Assembly (NCBI GenBank): GCA_943788915.1
Contig: CALSSD010000010.1
Coordinates: forward strand, 558,001-622,000
DNA: 64,000 nucleotides
Direction of reading: 5' to 3'
Source of the DNA: an uncultured Acidimicrobiales bacterium
GTDB lineage: Bacteria > Actinomycetota > Acidimicrobiia > Acidimicrobiales > UBA10347
Translations under genes and position numbers: made by a program
Shown: positions 10,287 to 19,593 of the stretch, one piece after another
Layout of the letters: every line of letters begins with the position of its first letter
Position numbering within the stretch: the stretch's first letter is position 1
Notes under the pieces: generated by a model
Databases searched by the model: none
The model's input: the letters and a program-made list of their open reading frames with translations, nothing else
Told to the model about the DNA's origin: nothing

Positions 10287-11458
10287 TCAGCCGCCAACCT
10301 CGGTTGGATCGGTGGAGACAACGATGTTGCCAGCCACAATTTCTGCCTTGAAGCCATCGAGCTGATCGGCGATGTCGTCCACATAACCACCAGTGCTTGA
10401 GTAGCCAACACCATCGACGCTCAGGTCATAGACCTGAGGCCCGGCGGCGAAGTCGCCGTTGGCGTGATCTTTGAGGATCTCGAACACGGCGACGTCGACA
10501 CGCTTGAGCATCGAAGTCAGCACGTATTCTTGCAAGCTGGCATCGACAGTACCGATGGTGTTGTACTGGTCAGAGTCAACACCGATGCCCCAGACCTTTG
10601 AGCCGTTATCTTCACTGAACTCTTTGGCTGCTGCGAACATGCCGTTACCGGCACCGCCAGCGGCGTGGTAGATGATGTCGGCGCCGTCTTCGTACATGGT
10701 GGTAGCGATGACCTTGGCCTGGTCGGGCTGGTTGAAGCCGTCGAAGTCAGGAGCGTCGGTGATGTACTGAGCGATAACTTCGATGTCGGGGGTTCACGGC
10801 GAGCGCGCCTTGGCGGAAACCAGCTTCGAACTTTTCGATGAGGCCGAAGCAGCAAACGCCGCCGATAAAGCCGACCTTGCCAGTCTCACTCTTGAGTGCA
10901 GCAGCTGCGCCCACGAGGGAATGAACCCTGCTCTTCTGCGAAGACGAGGCCAGCAGCGTTCGGCGCAACCGGTTCGCCGGTGTCGAAGTTCAGCATTCCG
11001 TCATCGATTACTGCGAAGTTGACGTCGGGGTTAGCGGCGGCGGCTTCGGCAGCGTCGCCAGCGAACAAGAAACCAACGGCAAGAACGATTTCGTTGGAAT
11101 CGGCGGCGAGTTGCAGTAGCTCAGCCCGGTTCGAGCCGTCATCGTTTGGTGAAGCTTCGGTCGTTGCGTAGCCAAGTTCAGCAGCGGCCTTTTCGAGACC
11201 GGCAGCGGCAGAGTCGTTGAACGACAGGTCGCCACGGCCACCAATGTCGTAGACCAGACCGGCATCGCCGGCAGCAGCAGCGTCGTCGGCTGCGTCCTCG
11301 ACTGCGTCGGCGGCGTCTTCGACTGCGTCGGCTGCCGAATCGGCTGCGTCGTCGACGGCGTCAACGACATCGTCTGTGACGCCGTCAGAACCGCACGCGG
11401 CGGCAAAAAGACTCAGCGCTGCGACCAGCGCGAGCATCAAGCGGATGGATTTCTTCAT
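10287..11458 (-). CDS. BMP/PnrA-family nucleoside-binding lipoprotein (frameshifts near 10918 and 10790)
   Basis: Lipobox [58 protein letters not shown]. Confidence 0.9.
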
Positions 11459-11638
11459 TGTGACTCCTTACGTCAACTGTTGACCGGACGGGGTTTACCT
11501 CCGGTCACCAATGGCTCCCTCCAGGAGGCCACCCGGAAAACTTATCGCACCAAAATGGGACAGCGGTGCTCGCCTGTGTCCTGGCACCTCAAAAGTGCTG
11601 TTTGTGCCGGAATTGCTGAATCCGATTGTTTACTGGAA

Positions 11639-11674
11639 CCACAGCCGCCACAGCCGCCACAGCCGCCACAGCCA
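11639..11674. repeat. Tandem 9-nt repeat (CCACAGCCG), three full copies plus a partial fourth
   Basis: Seen directly in the intergenic region between divergent BMP and selD genes. Confidence 0.85.
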
Positions 11675-11807
11675 CGACAATATCCAGCGGTCCTAGGGCG
11701 GTTGGCTTTGTGTCGCTTCCAAACCTTACGTCTGCTGGTGCAGCCGCCGACGCAGAGCAGCGACCTCCGACCTCTAGGCTGGTCTTCCGCCATCTCCGAG
11801 GCCTCTG

Positions 11808-13988
11808 GTGCAGCTTCCTCTTCCACTGATCAAGAATGTGGTGCTGGTTGGTGGGGGGCACGCGCACGCACTGGTGCTAAAGAAATGGGCGATGAAGCCG
11901 GTGGTTGGCGTGCGAGTGACAGTGGTCAACCCATCACCGACTGCGCCCTACACGGGAATGTTGCCTGGTCATATTGCCGGTCACTACCACCGCGATGAGC
12001 TCGATATCGATTTGGTGCGACTCGGCCAGTTTGCCGATGCGCGGCTAGTGCTGGGCGCAGTCACCGGTCTTGACCGGCAGTCGAAGACGGTCATCGTGCC
12101 AGGACGGCCACCGATCCCGTATGACGTCTGTTCGATCAATGTCGGTATCACCTCGATGATGCCTGGGCTCCCTGGGTTCGCCGAACACGCAGTCGCTGCG
12201 AAGCCGCTCGATGGGTTTGCCGCTCGTTGGGCAGAGTTCGTTGACCAGGCGAGTGGAGGCCCACTATCGGTCGTTGTGATCGGTGGTGGAGTTGGTGGTT
12301 GTGAACTTGCCCTTGCCATGCAGCATCGACTTAGAACCATCGGGGCTACGCCCAACATGACCATCGTCGACGCGAACGAGATCCTTGCCGAGCTCGGTGA
12401 ACGGTCACGAACTGAGCTCAGGCGACGTCTCGCTGATGCCTCGATCGATGTGCACGAAGGTACGAGCGTGCAGCGGGTCACCGATCACTCAGTTGACCTG
12501 GCTGACGGGGATGTTTTGAACGCTGATCTGGTTGTGGGGGCAGCGGGAGCGCGGCCCTACCCGTGGGTGGCAAACCTTGGCCTCGAAACCCACGAAGGTT
12601 TCATCACGATCGACAACACGTTGCGCTCGTTATCGGATCCGAACATCTTCGCGGTCGGCGACTGCGCTCACATGGGGTTCGCGCCTCGGCCGAAGGCGGG
12701 TGTGTTTGCGGTGCGCCAGGCCCCTGTGCTCTTCGACAACATCTCGGCGGTTCTCACCGGCCGCAAACTCGAGCGTTATGACCCCCAGGACGATTACCTG
12801 AAGCTGATCTCGCTTGGCTCGAAGACCGCAGCGGCAGACAAGTTCAAACGGTTTGTAACGGGAAAGGGTTTGTGGCGGCTGAAGGACACCATCGACCGCC
12901 GGTTTATGGACAAGTTCGATGATCTGCCAGAGATGACCGAGCCGCCGGCTCCAGCGAATTCTGTGGCCGGCATGCAAGCAGCCATCGACGAGGAGCCCCC
13001 GTTGTGCGGCGGTTGTGGTGCCAAGGTTGGCGCCGACATTCTTTCGGGCCCTCTGTCGCGGTTGCCTGCGTCGGAGCGGACTGACATTATTCGACTACCA
13101 GGCGACGACGCTGCGTTGCTTGACTTTGGAAGCAGCCGCCAGGTGATTACGACTGACTCGCTTCGATCATTCACCCAAGACCCATATCGGATGTCGAAGA
13201 TTGCAGCGCTCCACGCAATGGGAGATATCTGGGCGATGGGTGCGTTGCCCCAGGCAGTTCTGGTCACGGTCACGCTTCCGCCGCTCGCTCGACCGTTGCA
13301 GGCGGAGTGGCTTGGTGAAATCATGGCGGGAGCGGCAGAGGTGTTGCTGCCCACCGGGGCAGAGATCGTTGGCGGCCACACGAGCATGGGTGCTGAGTTA
13401 TCGCTCGGCTTTTCGATCACCGGACTGCTCGACGCTCCACCGATCACATTGGCAGGGGCACAACCAGGCCAGAAGCTGATCGTGACCCGTCCTCTCGGCT
13501 CAGGTCTGTTGTTCGCTGGCGAGATGCAACACACGGCCAGAGGACGCGACATCGCAGCGCTGCTCGACACGCTCGAAACGCCACAGGGGCGAGCGGCCGG
13601 GATTCTGTCGGTGGCTGGCGCGACCGCCATGACCGACGTGACCGGCTTCGGACTTGCCGGTCATCTCTTCGGCATGCTCCGTGAGTCTGGAGCAGGCGCC
13701 GAGCTAACTCTCGGTGCCATACCAATCTTCGACGGAGTGCTCGAGCTGCTGACTGCCGGGTTGCGCTCACATCTCCATGCAGCGAATCAGGCTGGTGTCC
13801 CAATCGTCAGCAGCGGCGACGATCCCCGTATGCCGATCTTGTTTGATCCACAGACCGCGGGTGGATTCCTTGCAGCAGTGCCGTCAGACGCAGCTGATGC
13901 GACAGCGACAAAGCTCATCGACGCAGGGTTTGTCAGTGCCGTCATCGGAACGATCACTGCCGATGAGCCTCGAATCACCGTTCACTGA
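11808..13988 (+). CDS. selD: Selenide,water dikinase fused to an N-terminal pyridine nucleotide-disulfide oxidoreductase
   Basis: N-term GGGHAH, GGGVGG, IFAVGDC; C-term LCGGCGAKV, GDDAA, GGHTS, MTDVTGFGLAGHL, DPQTAGG. Confidence 0.9.
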   Translation: MQLPLPLIKNVVLVGGGHAHALVLKKWAMKPVVGVRVTVVNPSPTAPYTGMLPGHIAGHYHRDELDIDLVRLGQFADARLVLGAVTGLDRQSKTVIVPGRPPIPYDVCSINVGITSMMPGLPGFAEHAVAAKPLDGFAARWAEFVDQASGGPLSVVVIGGGVGGCELALAMQHRLRTIGATPNMTIVDANEILAELGERSRTELRRRLADASIDVHEGTSVQRVTDHSVDLADGDVLNADLVVGAAGARPYPWVANLGLETHEGFITIDNTLRSLSDPNIFAVGDCAHMGFAPRPKAGVFAVRQAPVLFDNISAVLTGRKLERYDPQDDYLKLISLGSKTAAADKFKRFVTGKGLWRLKDTIDRRFMDKFDDLPEMTEPPAPANSVAGMQAAIDEEPPLCGGCGAKVGADILSGPLSRLPASERTDIIRLPGDDAALLDFGSSRQVITTDSLRSFTQDPYRMSKIAALHAMGDIWAMGALPQAVLVTVTLPPLARPLQAEWLGEIMAGAAEVLLPTGAEIVGGHTSMGAELSLGFSITGLLDAPPITLAGAQPGQKLIVTRPLGSGLLFAGEMQHTARGRDIAALLDTLETPQGRAAGILSVAGATAMTDVTGFGLAGHLFGMLRESGAGAELTLGAIPIFDGVLELLTAGLRSHLHAANQAGVPIVSSGDDPRMPILFDPQTAGGFLAAVPSDAADATATKLIDAGFVSAVIGTITADEPRITVH

Positions 13989-14000
13989 AGATCGCTCTTT

Positions 14001-14936
14001 TCAGAACAATGAGTCCTGGATGGCGATTTCATCGCTTCCGTAGTCGCCGAGGTCCAACCAGATGCCGTACAGCGGCGCCGGGTCGATCAGGAATACGTCA
14101 TTGCCGCCGGGGCGTCGAGCCAGGATGTGTCGGCCGATTGCTGTGATGCACTCAAGATCGTGGCGGCCGTGCGTGATGCGTAATGGGTACTCGATCGCCT
14201 GTGCAACAGCGGGATGTTCGGCCATTGGGTGACGCCAGTGCGTATCCAAGGGAGTGGCTTGGAGTTCGCTGGCTTCGAGGACGATTGCACGAACCTGGGC
14301 GGCGAAGTCGCTGAGCTCAGTCTGTAAGACGGTGTCAGGAACCGGCTTGATTAGACCTCGGCGTTTTCGGACTGCAGAGACAGCCTGCGGGATCCCGAGA
14401 CGTTCGGTCACGGCATCTTCGAGATGGCGCACCGCACGACCATTGGGGGTCTCGGCGACGAAACGTGCCTGCCATGCGCCTTGTTCTTCGAGACGGCGCT
14501 CGGAGCGGCTCAGCGTGGAGGTCCCAACCTTGATCGAGCCATCTCTGAACGCCGCGAGGTACAGCCGATTCGGCTGATCAAGGTGTTGGTTGATGATCGG
14601 ATCGAGTTCTGCGGAACCGCGAGTGTGAGCGTGGTGCAAGTTGGCGGCGAAGGTTGCTTCGACGATTGCGCACTGACGGCAACGGCGCGAATCCGGTTGG
14701 GGTCGGCGTCGGCAGTCGTGGTAGTCGGCCTGTTGTTTCCTGAACGGAGTGTGGCCGATGCAGGTTTGTTCAGGGTCATCGCCCAGCTGGTAACTCAAAC
14801 GATGACCCTGCACCGGCACGAGTTCGGAATGTGTGTCGACGGGTCGCCGCACCCGGAGGTGGGGAACGTGACCAGCCCAGACCATGCCCAGTAGCAGTTG
14901 CTGATCGTCGTGGCGACCCTGGAGTGATTGACCCAT
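14001..14936 (-). CDS. DUF2797-like protein with paired Cys motifs (start uncertain)
   Basis: TCIGH...C..CRQC, LYLAAFRDGSIKVGTS...RRLEEQGA. Confidence 0.65.
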   Translation of the reverse strand: MGQSLQGRHDDQQLLLGMVWAGHVPHLRVRRPVDTHSELVPVQGHRLSYQLGDDPEQTCIGHTPFRKQQADYHDCRRRPQPDSRRCRQCAIVEATFAANLHHAHTRGSAELDPIINQHLDQPNRLYLAAFRDGSIKVGTSTLSRSERRLEEQGAWQARFVAETPNGRAVRHLEDAVTERLGIPQAVSAVRKRRGLIKPVPDTVLQTELSDFAAQVRAIVLEASELQATPLDTHWRHPMAEHPAVAQAIEYPLRITHGRHDLECITAIGRHILARRPGGNDVFLIDPAPLYGIWLDLGDYGSDEIAIQDSLF

Positions 14937-15067
14937 CGGCTGCCAGCATGGTGTGCGCGGCATCGTCGACACAACCACAACCAGAAAATCACCTGTGGTT
15001 GCCCTGGATCCGGCGTATGCCGGGAGGGAGGTGGCGGTGGCTTTTGAGCCGCCGACCGGAAAAAGAG

Positions 15068-15458
15068 TGGAGCTGGGGGGAATCGAACCCCCGTCCGTCA
15101 AGGGGTCACCGGCTGCGATACGACCATTCCCGGTTTGAAGCGTTATGGCTACTTCAGGGCTGAGTCCCCTGACACCGAAGTGTCTGCCACCGGTCTTTCC
15201 CTGGGGTCAGCGTTCTTTCTCGCCGTCAGCGGTCTTTCCCAGCTGTCCTTCCCTGCTTCTGTTGCCAGGCTGCAGCGAACAGGCCCCGCCATCCCCTTAG
15301 GGGACGCGATGTGTGTTGTTCATCTGTCTAGAAACTAGGCAGCGAGAGCAACACGGGCAGTTTGGTTGCCATGTTTTTGTTTGCCCCGTTTAAAGAGTCT
15401 GGGCCACTCTGGTCGCACAGGTCGGCTTCCGTCCTCGGCGTCGAAACCCTTCAGCCCC
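15068..15458 (-). ncRNA. ssrA: tmRNA; tag peptide (A)GNQTARVALAA at 15335-15370
   Basis: 5' GGGGCTGAAGGGTTTCGAC, 3' GGACGGGGGTTCGATTCCCCCCAGCTCCA (tRNA-Ala-like acceptor/T arm), ALAA-stop tag, near smpB. Confidence 0.95.
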
Positions 15459-15496
15459 GTGGATTGGAATGCGTCTGTGACTAACAGATTCACATT

Positions 15497-15748
15497 TCAA
15501 AGAACACCCGCAGCGTATCGAAGCTGCTGCTCGTTCGCGGCCAAGTTTCTCCGATGGGCCCGATTAGTCTCGCCAGATGATGAGTTGATAGGAGCGCAGC
15601 GCCGAGTGTGAAGAGTCGGGCCTGAGGCAAGTGATGGCGACAGGCCTTGAATGCCCGCCTCGGCATCGACAAGTTTGTGGTCTGGATTTCCGATGGATCG
15701 GACGTCGTTCGGCGGAGAATATCTGGGCGACACGAGCAGTAAGGCCAT
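15497..15748 (-). CDS. Possible small hypothetical protein (83 aa)
   Basis: AGGAGG 7 nt upstream of ATG 15748; no recognisable motif. Confidence 0.25.
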   Translation of the reverse strand: MALLLVSPRYSPPNDVRSIGNPDHKLVDAEAGIQGLSPSLASGPTLHTRRCAPINSSSGETNRAHRRNLAANEQQLRYAAGVL

Positions 15749-15893
15749 GGTCATGCCTCCTGGAACAGGCGGCAAACGGGTCGAGGTCCGAGGGTCTGAG
15801 ATCCGAGGGTCTAGCGGCATGGTGCCTATCGCTCCGGAATGAGGGCTTCTACAGCGCTGGTGAACTGGCTGCCGTTGTCAGTCGTCGTAACTT

Positions 15894-16379
15894 CTAGCCT
15901 CGGTAGTTCCTGGCAGCCGACGACATTGCCTTACGGGCTTCTGCAGCCATGTCTCGTTCGCGAATCGCTTGCCGTTTGTCTTCGGTCCGGCGGCGCCGAG
16001 CGATCGCGATCTCGACCTTTGCCCGACCGTCTTTGAAGTACAGCTTGAGTGGCACGAGGGTGCGTCCGTCGTGTTCAAGGGCTCGGCGGATCGTGTTGAT
16101 CTCGCTGCGATGAACAAGCAGTTTCTTGTCGCGATCCGGGTCGTGGGCGTAACCCCCGCTGTTGCTGTATTGGCCCACATGTAGTCCGAAGAGCCACAAC
16201 TCGTTGTTGGTGACCCTGGCGTAGGCATCGGCGATCGTGACCTTTGATTCACGCAACGACTTGACCTCGGAACCCTTGAGCACGATCCCGCATTCGAAGG
16301 TTTCAGCAATCTCGAACTCGTGACGGGCGCGCCGGTTGGATGCAACCACGCCCGGTTCGGTCTTCTTGCTCTTCGCCAT
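15894..16379 (-). CDS. smpB: SsrA-binding protein SmpB
   Basis: NRRARHEF, GIVLKGSEVKSLR, HDPDRDKKLL, DKRQAIRER. Confidence 0.96.
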   Translation of the reverse strand: MAKSKKTEPGVVASNRRARHEFEIAETFECGIVLKGSEVKSLRESKVTIADAYARVTNNELWLFGLHVGQYSNSGGYAHDPDRDKKLLVHRSEINTIRRALEHDGRTLVPLKLYFKDGRAKVEIAIARRRRTEDKRQAIRERDMAAEARKAMSSAARNYRG

Positions 16380-16500
16380 GCAGTAACGGTATCGGAGCGC
16401 CCGGGGACAGCGCGGATTGTTGATGCCCTGCGGCCTTGGGGATCGCGCCGCTGGTCCTCGACCGAGGGGGAGCCGATTGTGTGCCACTACCGTTGTCCTC

Positions 16501-16989
16501 GTGTTGCGCATCACCACCGAGGTCCGAGACCAGATGTTCGCGCATGCTATTGCTGAACTTCCCAACGAGGCGTGTGGCATGTTCTCGGTGCATGACGGTC
16601 TCGACCTCGTTGACTACTTCCACGGCATGCGAAATACCCGTGCTTCGGGAACCGTGTTCGCACTAGACGGTCAGGAGATGCTCGACCTCGAACGACAGGT
16701 CGAACGGGCTGGGCGATCTCTCGTCGGCGTGATGCATTCACACACCCAGACCAGCGCGTATCCGTCGCCCACCGATGTTCGTGATAGCGCTGGCTTCGAC
16801 CCGTTCGGTACGTTTCGCCACGTAATCGTTTCGCTTCGCCATGCCGAGCCGGCGTTACGTTGTTTCACGATCGAAGGTGACACGATCACGGAACTTCCTG
16901 TTGTGGTGACCGATGGCGACGACGGGGTCCACAACGAGGGTGGCTCGATAGCGATGGCGGCGGTCATGTCGCTTCCTACTCGGGAGTGA
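16501..16989 (+). CDS. JAMM/MPN+ metalloprotease (Mec-like, M67)
   Basis: PNEACG...MHSHTQTSAYPSPTD (E...HxH...S..D); start chosen at GTG 16501. Confidence 0.88.
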   Translation: MLRITTEVRDQMFAHAIAELPNEACGMFSVHDGLDLVDYFHGMRNTRASGTVFALDGQEMLDLERQVERAGRSLVGVMHSHTQTSAYPSPTDVRDSAGFDPFGTFRHVIVSLRHAEPALRCFTIEGDTITELPVVVTDGDDGVHNEGGSIAMAAVMSLPTRE

Positions 16990-17010
16990 CCCACCCGCTA
17001 CGTTCGGTAG

Positions 17011-17652
17011 ATGGCACGACTTCGACAGGTATCGCTGACTGAGATGAAGGCCAGCGGTCATAAGGCTGGCGCTCAGATCTACAAGATGATGTTCGGCGAA
17101 CGGGACCCGGTCGTTACACCAGGGACGCCTGCAGGAACCCCTGGGGACTGGTGGACCGTGTTCGCCCAGTCTCCCGACACATTCGATCATGCATGTGGGC
17201 TGTTTGCTTACTACCAATCGCCTGACCGCGAGCTTGATCCGAAACTACGCGAGCTGGGACAGATGCGGGCTGGCTGGGCATGCAGCAGCCTGTTCGTATA
17301 CAGCCAGCATTGCAAGGCCGCTCGTGACCACGGTGTGCCCGAGGAGCAGATCCAAGCAATTGCCGGGTGGCAAGTTGCCGAGTGCTTTTCACCGGTCGAA
17401 CGGGCCGTATTGGCGTATACCGATGCCTTGGCGCTGAGCCAAGGGCGAGTGCCCGACGAGGTATTCGCCATCTTGCACGAATATTTGTCTGAGGTAGCGA
17501 TTCTGGAGTTGAGCTACATCGTTGGCAGCTACATCATGCATGCCACAACCACCCGAGCGCTGCGGCTCGAGTTCGATGATGTCGATGAGCGCATGGTCGA
17601 GGTGCCTGACCCGACCGGCCGCTTTGGCGGCCTGTTCCCGACCGCTGAGTAA
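17011..17652 (+). CDS. Carboxymuconolactone decarboxylase/AhpD-like protein
   Basis: LDPKLRELGQMRAGWACSSLFVYSQH, ERAVLAYTDAL. Confidence 0.78.
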   Translation: MARLRQVSLTEMKASGHKAGAQIYKMMFGERDPVVTPGTPAGTPGDWWTVFAQSPDTFDHACGLFAYYQSPDRELDPKLRELGQMRAGWACSSLFVYSQHCKAARDHGVPEEQIQAIAGWQVAECFSPVERAVLAYTDALALSQGRVPDEVFAILHEYLSEVAILELSYIVGSYIMHATTTRALRLEFDDVDERMVEVPDPTGRFGGLFPTAE

Positions 17653-17894
17653 AGAGCGCGAGCGGTTCTCTTCCTCGTCGTCGGTATACGGAAACCAGGA
17701 GCGAGTGGCGTTAACACGGTTGGTGAGCGAAACGGCCAGCTGAGAAGGTTGCCTTGTAGCGGTCGCTCATGATCGAGGTCGTTGCGGTTAAAGCGATTTT
17801 GGTGTCGAAATCGGGACCTCTGCAGGCCATGAGCAAGCAGGAGTGGACGCAACGTTTCGCCACAGCAAGCAACAGGATCACTACGCTGGCCGAC

Positions 17895-18701
17895 GTGAAC
17901 GACCGCCCCATAGGAGTCTTCGATAGTGGCTTTGGTGGTCTCACGGTTGCTCGGGCCCTGATTGATCTACTCCCCAACGAACATCTGGTGTATTACGGCG
18001 ACACCGCTCGATATCCGTACGGTCCGCGGTCACTAGACGAGGTCCGAGGTTTCGCCCGTCAGATTTCGGAGTGGTTGATCAACGACGTTGGTGTGAAGGC
18101 GATCGTGATTGCCTGCAATACCGCCTCGGCTGCGGCGCTAACAGAGCTGCAGGCTGAATGCCACGTCCCAGTCATCGGCGTGATCGAACCTGGCGTTCGG
18201 TCGGCCATCGAGGCAACGTCCCAAGGTCGAGTCGGCGTGATCGGCACCGTGACCACGATCGCTTCTGGTGCCTACCAACGGGCGTTCGCTGCTGCAGATC
18301 CTGGCGTCGAATTGGTCTGTGCAGCCTGCCCGGGTTTCGTCGAATTCGTTGAACGGGGAGACACCGACAGTGACCAAGCACTGGTGCTTGCCGAACGACT
18401 GCTCGCTCCGGTACTCGATGCCAAGGTCGACAGCCTGCTCTTAGGCTGCACGCACTATCCATTCTTGGCCCGAACCATTTCTCGGGTTATGGGCCGCGAT
18501 GTCACGCTTGTGTCGTCAGCCGACGAAACCGCCTTTGCTGTCCGACGCGCGCTGATCGACGGAACGATCCCAGCCCGGATAGCCGCCACACCAGGCGAAC
18601 GACGCTGGCTATCGTCGGGCGATGCATCTCGGTTCCAGCAGATCGGCGAACAACTCCTGGGCATCGGGTTAGCAGCCGTCGAGCATCACGATTGTTCGTA
18701 G
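17895..18701 (+). CDS. murI: Glutamate racemase
   Basis: IGVFDSGFGGL, YPYGPR, IACNTAS, LGCTHYP. Confidence 0.96.
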   Translation: MNDRPIGVFDSGFGGLTVARALIDLLPNEHLVYYGDTARYPYGPRSLDEVRGFARQISEWLINDVGVKAIVIACNTASAAALTELQAECHVPVIGVIEPGVRSAIEATSQGRVGVIGTVTTIASGAYQRAFAAADPGVELVCAACPGFVEFVERGDTDSDQALVLAERLLAPVLDAKVDSLLLGCTHYPFLARTISRVMGRDVTLVSSADETAFAVRRALIDGTIPARIAATPGERRWLSSGDASRFQQIGEQLLGIGLAAVEHHDCS

Positions 18702-18811
18702 TCACAGCCTGAGGCCAGCGCTGCCCGATGGAGGCCATGAGGCGCCACCGTGCCCGCAGTCACCACTGCGGCTCTTCCGCACCTGTCGGAGTTGTGGCAC
18801 ACTGAGCTCTG

Positions 18812-19564
18812 ATGTTGACGGTCACAGTGCTTGGCTGCTCGGGTAGTTATGCCGCACCAGGAGGCGCGTGCACCGGCTTCCTGATGCAGTCCCCTCGAGC
18901 GAATGTATGGCTCGACGCGGGCCCGGGCACACTTGCCAATCTGCAAACAGTGTGCCGGCTAAGCGATCTTGAAGCAGTTGTGTTAACGCACGCACATCCT
19001 GACCACTGGCTTGAAATGCCCGTGGTTGCCAACGCAATCCAGTGGTACGAACCCCGGCAACGTTTGCCGGTCTACTCGAACGCTCATATGGCCGCCCATG
19101 CTCGAGCCATGATCGGCCCCGATATTGATATCCCCTTCGACTGGCGGGTCATTGAGCCGCACGAACAGGTAGCGATTGGCGACCAGACATGGACGTTCGC
19201 CGAGACCGAGCACTATGTGCCAACGCTGGCTACCCGGACCGACTGTGAAGGTCAGTCCATCGTGTTCACGAGCGATACGGGTCCGGAGTTCTCTCTCGCT
19301 CCAATGGTCGAACGGTGTGGGGCGATCGACCTTGCGATTATCGAATCAACCTTCTTGGAACGAAGCGAACATCCCGGCGCCTTACATCTCTCCGCAGACG
19401 AAGCGGGTCAGTTAGCCGAGGAGGCTGGCGTGCACCAGGTGGCTCTGACGCACCAGGCCCCGCTCGAGGACCGGGCCGCACATCTGGCGCGGGCGTCGGC
19501 GAACTTCTCGGGTCAGATGGTGCTGGCCGAGGTCGGTCAGCAATACGCTGCCATCGGAAGCTAA
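18812..19564 (+). CDS. MBL-fold metallo-hydrolase (Rv1339-like position)
   Basis: VLGCSGSY, LDAGPG, THAHPDH, DTG, LTH; lies between murI and rph. Confidence 0.85.
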   Translation: MLTVTVLGCSGSYAAPGGACTGFLMQSPRANVWLDAGPGTLANLQTVCRLSDLEAVVLTHAHPDHWLEMPVVANAIQWYEPRQRLPVYSNAHMAAHARAMIGPDIDIPFDWRVIEPHEQVAIGDQTWTFAETEHYVPTLATRTDCEGQSIVFTSDTGPEFSLAPMVERCGAIDLAIIESTFLERSEHPGALHLSADEAGQLAEEAGVHQVALTHQAPLEDRAAHLARASANFSGQMVLAEVGQQYAAIGS

Positions 19565-19593
19565 AACTGCAGCGAGCGGTCGTTTCCACAGTG

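Noticed and set aside
11480..11998. ORFs with PQP, CGG or TAA repeats
   Set aside because: Translations of the intergenic 9-nt repeat; overlap selD out of frame
12990..13030. Selenocysteine recoding in SelD
   Set aside because: Active-site codons are TGC/TGT; no in-frame TGA
15068..15100. Possible tRNA gene
   Set aside because: It is the tRNA-like 3' domain of tmRNA
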